From Nitrospirota bacterium (GTDB lineage: Bacteria > Nitrospirota > Thermodesulfovibrionia > Thermodesulfovibrionales > Dissulfurispiraceae), in the NCBI GenBank assembly GCA_040754455.1, contig JBFMCP010000005.1:32001-96000 (forward strand): a stretch of 64,000 nucleotides of DNA, read 5' to 3'. Shown here one piece after another: positions 19,439 through 28,994 of the stretch (within the stretch, counting starts at the first letter, position 1; every line of letters begins with the position of its first letter). The translations under genes and the position numbers were made by a program. The notes under the pieces are model-generated. The model made no database searches and was not told where the DNA came from. It was given only the letters and a program-made list of their open reading frames with translations.

Positions 19439-20575
19439 TTATGCGTGCTTCACATCTGGCAGCACCGGAAGGGTTTTGACAACTACCAGATACAACAGCA
19501 CCTCCAGCGCTATGATGCCCAAGGTTATCATTGTCTCGGAAAAGGACGGGAAATAGTGCCACCCCGGACCGGGATCGAATCCTATTAAAAACGCGTTAAA
19601 ACGGTAGACCGCTCCTGCAAGCAGCATGAGCACCGCACCGATGAAGAGCATGCGCGGCCGTTCCCTGTTGACAGGCCTGAAGAGTATTACCATAGGTGCG
19701 ATATACAATATATTTTCGATGATGAACATGAAGCTTTTTATATCCAGCCTGAGAATTGCGCCGAGCTGTCCTCTCCAGAGGAGATCGCCGAATCTGAACA
19801 CCAGATAGAGCAGGATAAGCTTGGGAATAATTGCCGAGAGCTTTGACAGCAGCGGGGTCTCCATCGGCCTCCTGAACCCGAGGGAGGAGATAATCGACTC
19901 GAACACCACAATCGCGTATCCCATCGTAATCGAAGAGATCAGGAAGAGCAGCGGGATGAAGTCGGTCTGCCACAGGGGTGAAACCTTCTGCCCCGCGATA
20001 TAGATCAGCAATCCCAGTGATGACTGGTGCATGGTCGGCAGGAGCACGCCGATGGCGATAAATGCAAAGAGGACTTTTTTCAATACCTTGAGTACCTTCT
20101 CCTTGTTCCAACGCTCAAGGAATGCGGGGGTGAATTCTATCCAGAGCACCATGATGTAGGTCGTGACGCAGAGAGCCACCTCGAACATGACCGAGTTGAG
20201 CTGTGCGTACCACGGCAGGATGAGATTATAGGCCTGCCAGTAGCGCCCTACGTCGAAAAAAATTGATACTCCCGCGAGCGTGTATCCGAACATGCTCGCA
20301 AGGATTGCAGCGCGTATGAGCGGATAATAGGTCTTCTTGTTGAACACATAGATCAGCAGTGCCATCGCATACCCGCCGCAGGCAAAGGCGGTACCCACCA
20401 CAACGTCATAGGCGATCCAGATACCCCACGGATAGCCGTCGCTCATATTGGATACCGCACCGATACCAAAGATGAATCTCTTGATGATCAGAATACCCGC
20501 AAAGAGCGCAAAAGCAGCCAGGACCAGAAAAGGCTTGGTGATGATTTTTCCTCCCAATGGCTTAAACCCTCCCAT
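19439..20575 (-). CDS. hybB: HybB, NrfD-family membrane subunit
   Basis: GYPWGIWIAYDVVVG, SVMFEVALC and LPTMHQSSLG motifs; ~10 TM. Confidence 0.92.
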   Translation of the reverse strand: MGGFKPLGGKIITKPFLVLAAFALFAGILIIKRFIFGIGAVSNMSDGYPWGIWIAYDVVVGTAFACGGYAMALLIYVFNKKTYYPLIRAAILASMFGYTLAGVSIFFDVGRYWQAYNLILPWYAQLNSVMFEVALCVTTYIMVLWIEFTPAFLERWNKEKVLKVLKKVLFAFIAIGVLLPTMHQSSLGLLIYIAGQKVSPLWQTDFIPLLFLISSITMGYAIVVFESIISSLGFRRPMETPLLSKLSAIIPKLILLYLVFRFGDLLWRGQLGAILRLDIKSFMFIIENILYIAPMVILFRPVNRERPRMLFIGAVLMLLAGAVYRFNAFLIGFDPGPGWHYFPSFSETMITLGIIALEVLLYLVVVKTLPVLPDVKHA

Positions 20576-20592
20576 ATCTCTCTCCTTTATCG

Positions 20593-21546
20593 CTACTCAT
20601 CTTTTTTTGTATTTCGATACACTGCATACAGAAGGCCGCCCAGAAGGGCAACGGGTGCGATCATTCCCTTGTAGATCGTATGCTGGAGCCCTTCCGACCG
20701 TGCTGCATCAGACACCTCCGAGAGCTTCGGCATGCCGAGCTTGTCGAAGGGCACTCCCGCGAGCATAAGGATCTGCGTGCCGCCGCCGTCCTTTTCCCCG
20801 TAAAGGTAGGGATAATACTGTTCGACAGCGCGTAACGATTTCTGGTCCGAGTTGATATGGGCCACAGGGAATTCGTACTCGTCTCCGGGTCTCAACGTCA
20901 ATCGGCGGCGTGCCTCCGCCTGCAGATCGGTGACCTTTCCGTACAGCGAGGCGCCGGTGGGACAGAACTCGCAGCATGCCGCATATTTGCCCTCTTTGAG
21001 ACGGTGCGAACAGAGCTGGCACTTCCTGATCTGCGGGAACGGTTCGTCCCATTCGAACTTCGGGATGTTGTAGGGACAGGCGACCTGGCAATATCTACAT
21101 CCGATACAGGCATCCTTGTTATAACTCACAATGCCGGTCTTCGGGTCTTTGGTCAGTGCCGAGACCGGACAGGCCGAAACGCAGGAAGGATCGATGCAAT
21201 GCATACACTGCCTTTTGACATAGGAGAAACCGTTCTCTTTATCTTTTTCAACTCCCGCGCCGTGCGTGTAGAGCTTGATGATGTTGAGCGTCTTTCCGGA
21301 AAGATCGAGGGGATTGTCATAAATGTTGTCCGTCGTCGAATGCTCGGGGGGCATGTTGTTGTACTGCTTGCATGCCGCAACGCAGGCCTTGCATCCGATG
21401 CAGAGGGTTGCATCATATAAAAAACCGACAGCTTCGGGAGGCAGGGCTTTGGGAGCCCTCGCTGCCAGTGCAGAAGGGACATCCGCCGCGAGCAGCAGTC
21501 CGCCATAGGCTACTCCTTTCAAGAAGTCTCGTCTCTTCATATCCAT
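20593..21546 (-). CDS. hybA: HybA periplasmic ferredoxin subunit
   Basis: Tat KRRDFLK; four Fe-S Cys clusters; YGEKDGGGTQ; C-terminal TM. Confidence 0.92.
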   Translation of the reverse strand: MDMKRRDFLKGVAYGGLLLAADVPSALAARAPKALPPEAVGFLYDATLCIGCKACVAACKQYNNMPPEHSTTDNIYDNPLDLSGKTLNIIKLYTHGAGVEKDKENGFSYVKRQCMHCIDPSCVSACPVSALTKDPKTGIVSYNKDACIGCRYCQVACPYNIPKFEWDEPFPQIRKCQLCSHRLKEGKYAACCEFCPTGASLYGKVTDLQAEARRRLTLRPGDEYEFPVAHINSDQKSLRAVEQYYPYLYGEKDGGGTQILMLAGVPFDKLGMPKLSEVSDAARSEGLQHTIYKGMIAPVALLGGLLYAVYRNTKKDE

Positions 21547-21549
21547 GGC

Positions 21550-22722
21550 CTACTTCTCCTTCTTCCTGGGGTGCTCTTCCTTCTTCTCCGCATCCCTCTC
21601 ATGCTCGCCGAGCCTCTTTGCCAGGGTAGCACCCGCTCCGATCGCAGCACCCGCAACCCCTGCCACCACAGCAGCGCCGAGCACGGTGGCGCCGCCGCCC
21701 TTCTCCTCATGAATACGGGGATAGGTCGAGGGGGGAGTAACGGTATGCAGCCTGGCGAGGGTGTGGAGCGGTGTACTGAATCCAACGCCCTTTTCAGAGC
21801 AGCCGAAGCAGGGATGGCCCGCACCGACAGGCCATGTGCCTGCACCCGTGTCGCCGAATTGCAGGGTCGAGCAGTTGTTGAAGGTCTCTGGTCCCTTGCA
21901 CCCTAGTTTGTAGAGGCAATAGCCTTTTCTATGGTTTTCATCACCGTACTGGATGGCAAATCTTCCTGCGTCGAAGTGGGGCCGCCGCTCGCAGTTCTCG
22001 TGGATAACACGGCTATAGGCGAACGTGGGCCTGCCTTTTTCATCGAGCTCGGGGAGTTTTTTGAGAGTCAGGAAGTGGATAACGGTTGAGAGTAAATTAT
22101 AGGGGTTCGGAGGGCATCCGGGAATCGTGACAACAGGTTTGCCTTTCACAAGCTCTGTTATTCCTTTTGCGCCGGTGGGGTTCGGTCCGGCAGCGGGTAT
22201 GCCACCCCAAGATGAGCAGGAGCCCATGGCGATCACCGCTGCTGCGTGCGGATAGGTTTCATTCAGAATTTCAAGGGCGGTCTTACCACCGATCTTGCAG
22301 TAGATACCTCCCTCTTTTGTTGGCACCGAGCCGTCGACCACGAGGATGAATTTGCCTTTGTTTTCCTGGATCGATTTCTGCTTCGCTGCCTCGACCTGAT
22401 GGCCTGCGGCAACGCTGAGCGTTTCGGAGTAATCGAGCGAGATGAGATCGAGAAGGAGATGCTCCAGTGTAGGATGAGTGGAGCGCAGGAGAGATTCGAC
22501 ACATCCGGTGCACTCCTGGAAAGAGAGCCAGATCACCGGCGGACGTTTGGGGTTGGTAATTGCTTCTGCGATCTTCGCCCCCATGCCGAGGGGCAATCCC
22601 ATACCGGCAGCCATGACCGTACAATACCTCAGGAAATCCCTTCGCGATATGCCGCCGAGCTTCTTTCTGACTTCAGCCTCATGCTCTTTCATAGTCTCCT
22701 CCGTCCTCTTTTCTTTGTTCAT
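21550..22722 (-). CDS. hybO: [NiFe] hydrogenase small subunit (HybO type)
   Basis: Tat SRRDFLR; ECTGC, GSCSSWGG, PGCPP, HENC, CLYKLGC and HPCFGC; C-terminal anchor. Confidence 0.93.
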   Translation of the reverse strand: MNKEKRTEETMKEHEAEVRKKLGGISRRDFLRYCTVMAAGMGLPLGMGAKIAEAITNPKRPPVIWLSFQECTGCVESLLRSTHPTLEHLLLDLISLDYSETLSVAAGHQVEAAKQKSIQENKGKFILVVDGSVPTKEGGIYCKIGGKTALEILNETYPHAAAVIAMGSCSSWGGIPAAGPNPTGAKGITELVKGKPVVTIPGCPPNPYNLLSTVIHFLTLKKLPELDEKGRPTFAYSRVIHENCERRPHFDAGRFAIQYGDENHRKGYCLYKLGCKGPETFNNCSTLQFGDTGAGTWPVGAGHPCFGCSEKGVGFSTPLHTLARLHTVTPPSTYPRIHEEKGGGATVLGAAVVAGVAGAAIGAGATLAKRLGEHERDAEKKEEHPRKKEK

Positions 22723-22765
22723 TTGCCTATGAATTCCATAATTTCAATGATTTTCTTCTTTTTCG

Positions 22766-22803
22766 TGTTATTAACATTATACTGTCAATAAATTTGTTGT
22801 CAA
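22766..22803 (-). promoter_or_regulatory. Sigma70-type promoter of the hyb operon with an overlapping dyad
   Basis: Minus strand TTGACA (22803-22798), 16 bp, TATAAT (22781-22776); TGTTA-T-TAACA dyad at 22766-22776. Confidence 0.65.
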
Positions 22804-23002
22804 GCATTCTTTAATGATAATGAATATTTCTTATTTTATTATTTTTTTATCTGAAAGTACGGCTCAAACAGGAAAGAATCATTCACAATGAATGCTTTTT
22901 ATGCAGACGGGGCGGGATTATCGCTACAGCACATTAAGGTCCTTCTGTCTGGTTGGTGCAGACAGTTAAAGAGTTGCTTGCAGCGAAAAGGGTGTGGGAG
23001 GA

Positions 23003-23116
23003 TTATCTCCCGACAAAGTACATCTTCCAATAGATGAGGAAGATACTGTAGATGAGCAGCAGTGCGATGATACCCAGCGCAATCTTTGCAAACCATTTCG
23101 ATCCCTTTTCCTTCAT
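23003..23116 (-). CDS. Small single-pass membrane protein (37 aa), below the ORF-track cutoff
   Basis: MKEKGSKWFAKIALGIIALLLIYSIFLIYWKMYFVGR-stop; GGGGGA SD-like sequence upstream. Confidence 0.55.
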   Translation of the reverse strand: MKEKGSKWFAKIALGIIALLLIYSIFLIYWKMYFVGR

Positions 23117-23248
23117 CTTGTCCCCCTGCGAATACAACAAAAGGTTACTACAATTGCACCATGCGCGTTAAGCGCCCCTCTTATCTTATATTCAGGATAT
23201 ATCCGGGGAAGAATGTCAAGTTAATTCTTCTGTCAAAAAAAGAAACGA

Positions 23249-23728
23249 TTACGGGTGAGAGAGCATCGGCTCCAAAGCAGTGACAAGCAAAGATACTACG
23301 CGAGGCATGGCTGCAGCCACCGCATCTGTCATTGCATCACCGAAGTGCACTACATCTTCCGCCTCTACGGCCCAGATGGCGATGTCCTCCGGAAGGTCGA
23401 ATCCCATGCGCTTTCCGGCTTCGAAGGCGCAGGCGAGTGTCGTATCGTGCATCGACGAACTATGGAGGGTTGCCGGGACGTTGCGGAGGCTCAGCCGGTA
23501 TACAGTACCGGCCGGCGCATTCCCGGTGCAGATCGCATCGATGAGGAACACCCTGTCATAGCCGATCATCTCTTCCATGAGTCTCAGTCCGCCTACGGAT
23601 AATTCCTTTATATCGATCCCCTCATGTTCCCGAACATGCTTCCTCAATTCCCGCGCAACGGCGATGCCGATGCCGTCATCACGAAGAATCGGGTTACCGA
23701 GGCCGATGATTAAGGTTTTTTTTATCAT
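23249..23728 (-). CDS. Hydrogenase maturation protease (for Mvh)
   Basis: GLGNPILRDDGIG, IDAI and SMHD motifs; follows mvhA. Confidence 0.9.
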   Translation of the reverse strand: MIKKTLIIGLGNPILRDDGIGIAVARELRKHVREHEGIDIKELSVGGLRLMEEMIGYDRVFLIDAICTGNAPAGTVYRLSLRNVPATLHSSSMHDTTLACAFEAGKRMGFDLPEDIAIWAVEAEDVVHFGDAMTDAVAAAMPRVVSLLVTALEPMLSHP

Positions 23729-23734
23729 AGTAAT

Positions 23735-23823
23735 AGAATCATAGAATTCAGGAGCCAGGAGTCAGAAGCCAGAATAAAAGCTTTCCTTCCCCTTCTAGCT
23801 CCTGACTTCTGGATTCTGGCTCT
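23735..23823. repeat. Heptamer hairpin cassette
   Basis: agaattcaggagccaggagtcagaagccagaataa ... ttctagctcctgacttctggattctggctct. Confidence 0.75.
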
Positions 23824-23828
23824 ATGCT

Positions 23829-25313
23829 TTAATATTGCGACAGCTCCCTGATTACCTCTCCTGCTTGATTACGTATTCTGACCCTGAGCGGCATCTGTCC
23901 CGGCAGCGCATGGGTTGCGCAGGAGAAGCAGGGATCGTAGAGTCTGAACGCCATCTCTATCCTGTTCAGCAGCCCCTGTTCGATGATGGTGCCCTTGCTG
24001 ATAAGGGTCTGGGCCGCCTTCTTAACGGACATCGCAATCGGCGCGTAGTTGTTGGTAGTACCGACAACGAGATTGACTTTTTGCAGGATTCCTCGCTCAT
24101 CGGTCCGGTAATGGTGCGTGAGCGTACCGCGGGGCGCCTCCACAGCGCCGACTCCTTCAACGGGTGTTTCGGTAGGAATGACACGCACATGGGGATCGGT
24201 GATTTCAGGATCGACGATCAGCTCATGCATGCGCTCCGCAGCATAGAGGAGCTCGATCAGCCGCGCCCAGTGTGTTGCGAGGCGGTAATGCACCGGCCCG
24301 TAACTGCCGTCGTCCCTTTTCGTGCCGAGCGTTGCATAGAACTGTTCGAAGGCCTCCTGTGCGCGGGGTGTGGCCATGCCCTTTGCAACATTGAGACGCG
24401 CCAGCGGCGTTGCACAATACACGCCGCTCTGAGCTCCATCGACAAAGCCCTTCCAGCCGACCGCCTTCAGATAAGGGAATTTAAGGTACGTCCAGGATTC
24501 GACACGCTCGGTAATGTGATCCCGGTAATCGCGGGGATGATAGTTCACCAATTCGTTCCCGTCGGGGTCAACAACGCGCACCCGGCCATCGTAAAAGTTG
24601 ATATAACCTCTTTCATCAACAGTGCCCATGTAATAGGTACGGTGGGTATAGGCATCGGACACCATGAGGTCATGGTACTCGGGGTTCTGCAAAACGACCG
24701 AACGGAACAGATCGAGGCTCCGGAGCGCAAAAGCGATATTCTTTTCCGCTATGAGCTGAATCTCTCTCTGCTCCTCTCCGGTGAGCGCCTTGCTCCATCC
24801 GCCCGGAAGCCCGGCGCAGGGATGGATCACTCTTCCGCCGACCAGCTGAATGGCGTGGTGGTTCCTTTTTCTGCACTCGATCACCTCTCTGCCGATATCG
24901 ATGCCGATCTTCTGCAATACGCCGAAGATATTTCGCTCGGCAGGCGGCGCATCGGGCCCCACAATGAAATCAGGTCCTCCAAGGGCATAGAAGTGGGTCG
25001 TGTGGTCGGCAACGAAGAAGGCAGAGTAGAACATCTCCCGCAGCTTCTTTGCCGCAGGAGGAGGATCGACCCTGTACAAATCATCGAGCGCCTTGGTTGA
25101 TGCTATGTGATGGGCTTCGGGACAGATGCCGCAGATGCGGCTGGTGATATTCGGCATATCCTCTGCGAGGCGTCCGACACAGAACTGCTCGAACCCCCTC
25201 AACTCGGGGACAATGAAATAGGCATTCGCTACCTCACCTTCGTCGTTGAGGAATATCTCAATCCTGCCGTGGCCTTCCAGCCTCGTCACCGGGTCAATGC
25301 TGATCTTCTTCAT
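23829..25313 (-). CDS. mvhA: [NiFe] hydrogenase large subunit, group 3c (MvhA)
   Basis: [28 protein letters not shown]2 [17 protein letters not shown] extension. Confidence 0.92.
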   Translation of the reverse strand: MKKISIDPVTRLEGHGRIEIFLNDEGEVANAYFIVPELRGFEQFCVGRLAEDMPNITSRICGICPEAHHIASTKALDDLYRVDPPPAAKKLREMFYSAFFVADHTTHFYALGGPDFIVGPDAPPAERNIFGVLQKIGIDIGREVIECRKRNHHAIQLVGGRVIHPCAGLPGGWSKALTGEEQREIQLIAEKNIAFALRSLDLFRSVVLQNPEYHDLMVSDAYTHRTYYMGTVDERGYINFYDGRVRVVDPDGNELVNYHPRDYRDHITERVESWTYLKFPYLKAVGWKGFVDGAQSGVYCATPLARLNVAKGMATPRAQEAFEQFYATLGTKRDDGSYGPVHYRLATHWARLIELLYAAERMHELIVDPEITDPHVRVIPTETPVEGVGAVEAPRGTLTHHYRTDERGILQKVNLVVGTTNNYAPIAMSVKKAAQTLISKGTIIEQGLLNRIEMAFRLYDPCFSCATHALPGQMPLRVRIRNQAGEVIRELSQY

Positions 25314-25319
25314 AATCGA

Positions 25320-25398
25320 TAAAGATAAAAAATCAAAAAGAAAAAAGCAAAATTAATAAATTCATTACTTTTAATCTTTTCTTTTTGCATTTTAATCT
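25320..25398. repeat. A/T-rich heptamer hairpin cassette
   Basis: taaagataaaaaatcaaaaagaaaaaagcaaaat ... acttttaatcttttctttttgcattttaatct. Confidence 0.65.
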
Positions 25399-26393
25399 CC
25401 CCTGAAGGGGTGCCGCGCCCTCTGTAGCAGCGAATGCGCCAGACTGAATTTATAAAAAGTCCCTGCCGGATCAAGAAGGGAATTGAGCGCATCTTCGATC
25501 TGCCTGCTTATCGCATCATCACCGTTCCCTTCGATATCGACCTCTACGATTGACGCCAGTGCAGAGAGCATCGCCGCGCCCTGATCGATGACGCCTTCGG
25601 CCGGCCCATAGCATCCGATGCAGGGCATGCCTGCCTTCGGACAGAGGGCTGTACAGCCGCTCCTGGTGGCTGGGCCCATGCAGACCATGCCCTGGTCGAT
25701 AAGGCAGTTCTCTTTATCCGGGATGATTTCGTGGAGGCGATAAAGCTTTCTGACCCGCTTTTCTCTTCGTAGGCGGGGACACTCTTCACAAAGGGCCTTT
25801 GCGCCTGCACCGATCACTGAACCTTTCGGAGGAAGATCACCGCCTTTCATCACCATATCTATGACCGTCTGAATCTGATGCGGTTCAGGAGGGCAGCCGG
25901 GAACCGAGTAATCCACATCAACGGTCTGCCGCAGACTTTTTACAGTGTCATGAAACGAGGGCAGATGGAGCTCCCCCTCATCGACTGTAGTAGTTACCCT
26001 GGGTGTTATCGAATAAGGATTATCGGTACTCGGATTTTCGAGATAGATGGAAGCAGCATGATCACGTGCACTCGACAGGTTCGACAATCCGGGGATACAC
26101 CCCTCATACGCGCATGAGCCGAAGGCGACGAGCAGCCTCGATTTTGCTCTGAGCAGACGGGCCATTGCCACGTCATCATCATTACGGATAGCGCCGTTGA
26201 AAAAGGTGAGCGCTATAGCACCATCGGAAAGCGCTTCCACATCGCTTCGCTTGCCGTCCATGACACAGGGCCAGAAGACCGGCTCGAAGACAGTAGCAAA
26301 ATCGAGTAGCTCCTCATGTATGCCGAGGAGCGCGATCTCGCACCCGCCGCAGGCAGAGGCCCAGTACATAGCGAATTTCGAACGTTCCTGCAT
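25392..26393 (-). CDS. mvhG: MvhG hydrogenase small subunit
   Basis: YWASACGGCE, GSCAYEGCIPG, PGCPP, CEEC, CMGPATRSGC and PCIGCYGP; ATG overlaps the mvhD stop. Confidence 0.92.
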   Translation of the reverse strand: MQERSKFAMYWASACGGCEIALLGIHEELLDFATVFEPVFWPCVMDGKRSDVEALSDGAIALTFFNGAIRNDDDVAMARLLRAKSRLLVAFGSCAYEGCIPGLSNLSSARDHAASIYLENPSTDNPYSITPRVTTTVDEGELHLPSFHDTVKSLRQTVDVDYSVPGCPPEPHQIQTVIDMVMKGGDLPPKGSVIGAGAKALCEECPRLRREKRVRKLYRLHEIIPDKENCLIDQGMVCMGPATRSGCTALCPKAGMPCIGCYGPAEGVIDQGAAMLSALASIVEVDIEGNGDDAISRQIEDALNSLLDPAGTFYKFSLAHSLLQRARHPFRGD

Positions 26394-26827
26394 CACTGCC
26401 TCCTCCCGCTGATCACCTGAGGCCACTGCAGCGGTCCCAGTGCCCGCAATGCCGCAGTCATCCTGTTTATCTTTTCTGAAAGAGCAGCTCCCTCTGAAGC
26501 AGAGACCCAGGCAAGCTGTATGCGCTCGCGCTCGATGCCGAACTGTCCGGCAAGATTTCGTACGAGATGAAAGCGTCCGAGGGTTCTTATATTGCCTGCC
26601 TCATAGTGGCATTCGCCGGGATGGCATCCGGCAATGAGAACGCCGTCCGCTCCCTCCCGCAGTGCCTTGAGCACCAGCTGCGGCTCGACTCTTCCGCTGC
26701 ACATGACCCTGATGATGCGGAGGTTCGGAGCAGAATGGAGACGCAGCGTGCCGGCGCGGTCCGCTGCGCGGTAGGCGCACCAGTTGCAGAAGAAACCGAC
26801 AATAACAGGCTCGAAAGAATTAATCAT
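26393..26827 (-). CDS. mvhD: MvhD/FlpD [2Fe-2S] subunit
   Basis: FFCNWCAY, RVMCSGRV, GCHPGECHY and WVSASEG motifs. Confidence 0.95.
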   Translation of the reverse strand: MINSFEPVIVGFFCNWCAYRAADRAGTLRLHSAPNLRIIRVMCSGRVEPQLVLKALREGADGVLIAGCHPGECHYEAGNIRTLGRFHLVRNLAGQFGIERERIQLAWVSASEGAALSEKINRMTAALRALGPLQWPQVISGRRQ

Positions 26828-26889
26828 AAGCCTCTACTCTATTGAGAGCGTTTTCGCATTAAGCAGTGAAGACCTGAACCCCTTGTGGC

Positions 26890-26975
26890 AGATTAAAAAT
26901 TAAAAAGAAAAATGAAAAATTGAGGATTCCTTATTTTTGAATTTTTCTTTTTTATTTTTAATTTTACCTTTTTAT
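26890..26975. repeat. A/T-rich heptamer hairpin cassette
   Basis: attaaaaattaaaaagaaaaatgaaaaat ... atttttgaatttttcttttttatttttaattttacc. Confidence 0.65.
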
Positions 26976-27011
26976 TCTGTACAACCGATGAGCGCATCCG
27001 TCAGGTTTGTA

Positions 27012-28994
27012 TCATATCTTCCTGTCTCGATCATATAATATGCCTTCGATCTCCGCCATCATCTGTTCGTCGGTAAAGTGATCACTGGTGATCGCCCTGG
27101 CAGGGCACGCAGCCACACAGGCGCCGCACCCCTGGCAGAGGGCAGCATCGATGTCCGCCTGATTGCTCTTCTCATTCATAGAAAGAGCACTATAGGGACA
27201 AAGATCAAGGCACATCCGGCATCCGCTGCACCGCTCCTTGTCGATGCTCGCCCGTATCGGCTCGAGCTCGATAGTCCCTTTATTAATAAGAGAAAGGATC
27301 TTTGCTGCAGCAGCGCCTGCCTGTGCAATGGTCTCGGTTATATCCTTCGGTCCCTGGCAGGCTCCTGCTACGAATATCCCCTCGCGCAGGGTAACGACCG
27401 GATCGAGCTTGGGATGCTTCTCTGCAAAGAATCCCTCGCTGTCGCATTCAACACCGAGCAGCCGGGCAACAGAGCGTGCATCGGCCCTCGCTTCCATGGC
27501 GGTGCTCAATACCACCATGTCCACGGGGATACGCCGCTGGATGCCGAGCAGTGTATCCTCAGCCTGGATGACGAGCTTGCCTTCTTCTTCAGGATAATAT
27601 GCCGAGTCCATAACAGTCGCCACCCGTCCCCTGACGAAATGGATCTTTTCACCCAGGAGCTTCTGGTAGAACTCCTCATAGGTCTTCCCCCCTGCCCTCA
27701 TGTCGATGTAAAAATTGTAGACAGAAGCCCCGGTCTTCTCCTTTATAAGGTGGGCGAACTTCAGCGAGTACATACAGCAGACCTTTGAACAATAATCGTG
27801 GTAGTTCTTATCGCGGCTCCCGACGCAATGGATAATCGCAACACTTTCAGGCTCGGCGACCCGGTCTCTGAGCATGACCTTTCCGCCGGTAGGCCCGGCA
27901 GCGCTCAGCATACGTTCAAGCTCGATACCAGTAAACACATTGGGGTATCTGCCGTACCCGTACTGCGGGATCCGCAGGGGATCAAAAAGATCAAAGCCCG
28001 TCGCAATAACGATATTCCCCACCGTAAGGGTAAGCGTTGTATCGCTCTGGTCGAACCGGACCGCCTGGGCAGGACACTCTTTCTCGCAGATCCTGCACTG
28101 GCCCAATTCGAAAAAGGAGCAGATGTTCCGGTCGATTACCGGATAACGGGGGACCGCGCCGGCAAAGGGAATGGCGCATGCCTTCCGCAAACCGAGTCCT
28201 GCCTCGAAATCGTTATCGTGCACCTCCTGCGGGCACTTCTGCTGGCAGATGCCGCATCCTATGCAACGGTCCTCGTCGATAAAGCGTGCCTTCTTTCTCA
28301 CTTTTATAGTGAAGCTGCCTGCCCTCCCCTTCGCTTCCTCAACCTCGCTATACGTCAGGAGCGTTATATGCGGGTGCCGGCGTACTGCTGCCATGCGCGG
28401 ATCGAGCATGCAGTCGGCGCAATCGAGGGTAGGAAAAGTCTTATCGAGCTGTGCCATGCGGCCACCGATACTCGGTGCCCTCTCCACCAGATAGACCTGC
28501 CTGCCCGCATCGGCTATCTCGAGTGCCGCCGTGATGCCGGCGATGCCTCCTCCGATGACAAGCGTATCAGGATTGACCGGCACCGATATCTTCGACAGAG
28601 GTTTGTGATGCAGGACCCGATGGACAGCAGCCGAGACCAGTGCCTTGGCCTTCTCGGTCGCAGCCGCCGTGTCGCCGGCAGTCCATGCATCATGCTCCCG
28701 CACATTGACGATCTCGCAAAAGTAGGGGTTCAATCCCGCCCGTGCACAGGCCTTCCTGAAGGTTGGTTCGTGCAGATGCGGCGAGCAGGCGACGATGACA
28801 ATACGGGAGAGACTGTTCTCCTTGATATCACGCTCGATCAACCCCTGCCCGTCGCCTGAACACATGAAACGGTCATCTCGGACAACAACGACATTGCCCA
28901 GCGTCGATGCAAAAGATGCGAGGGCTTTGATATCGAGACCCTCGGCGATATTCGTCCCGCAATGGCAGAGATAGACGCCTATCCTCTCACTCAT
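27012..28994 (-). CDS. hdrA: Heterodisulfide reductase subunit A (FAD, Fe-S)
   Basis: IGVYLCHCGTNI, IGGGIAG, KTFPTLDC, HCVGSRD..YCSKVCCMYSLK, AGACQGPKDI and C-terminal 2x[4Fe-4S]. Confidence 0.95.
   Translation of the reverse strand: MSERIGVYLCHCGTNIAEGLDIKALASFASTLGNVVVVRDDRFMCSGDGQGLIERDIKENSLSRIVIVACSPHLHEPTFRKACARAGLNPYFCEIVNVREHDAWTAGDTAAATEKAKALVSAAVHRVLHHKPLSKISVPVNPDTLVIGGGIAGITAALEIADAGRQVYLVERAPSIGGRMAQLDKTFPTLDCADCMLDPRMAAVRRHPHITLLTYSEVEEAKGRAGSFTIKVRKKARFIDEDRCIGCGICQQKCPQEVHDNDFEAGLGLRKACAIPFAGAVPRYPVIDRNICSFFELGQCRICEKECPAQAVRFDQSDTTLTLTVGNIVIATGFDLFDPLRIPQYGYGRYPNVFTGIELERMLSAAGPTGGKVMLRDRVAEPESVAIIHCVGSRDKNYHDYCSKVCCMYSLKFAHLIKEKTGASVYNFYIDMRAGGKTYEEFYQKLLGEKIHFVRGRVATVMDSAYYPEEEGKLVIQAEDTLLGIQRRIPVDMVVLSTAMEARADARSVARLLGVECDSEGFFAEKHPKLDPVVTLREGIFVAGACQGPKDITETIAQAGAAAAKILSLINKGTIELEPIRASIDKERCSGCRMCLDLCPYSALSMNEKSNQADIDAALCQGCGACVAACPARAITSDHFTDEQMMAEIEGILYDRDRKI

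Noticed and set aside
22765..22790. GTGTTA half-site considered as a NikR operator
   Set aside because: NikR half-sites are separated by a long spacer; here the dyad spacer is 1 bp and no distal partner half-site is present.
23829..28994. Possible selenocysteine in HdrA, MvhD or MvhA
   Set aside because: The relevant positions are Cys in uninterrupted ORFs; no in-frame TGA is needed.
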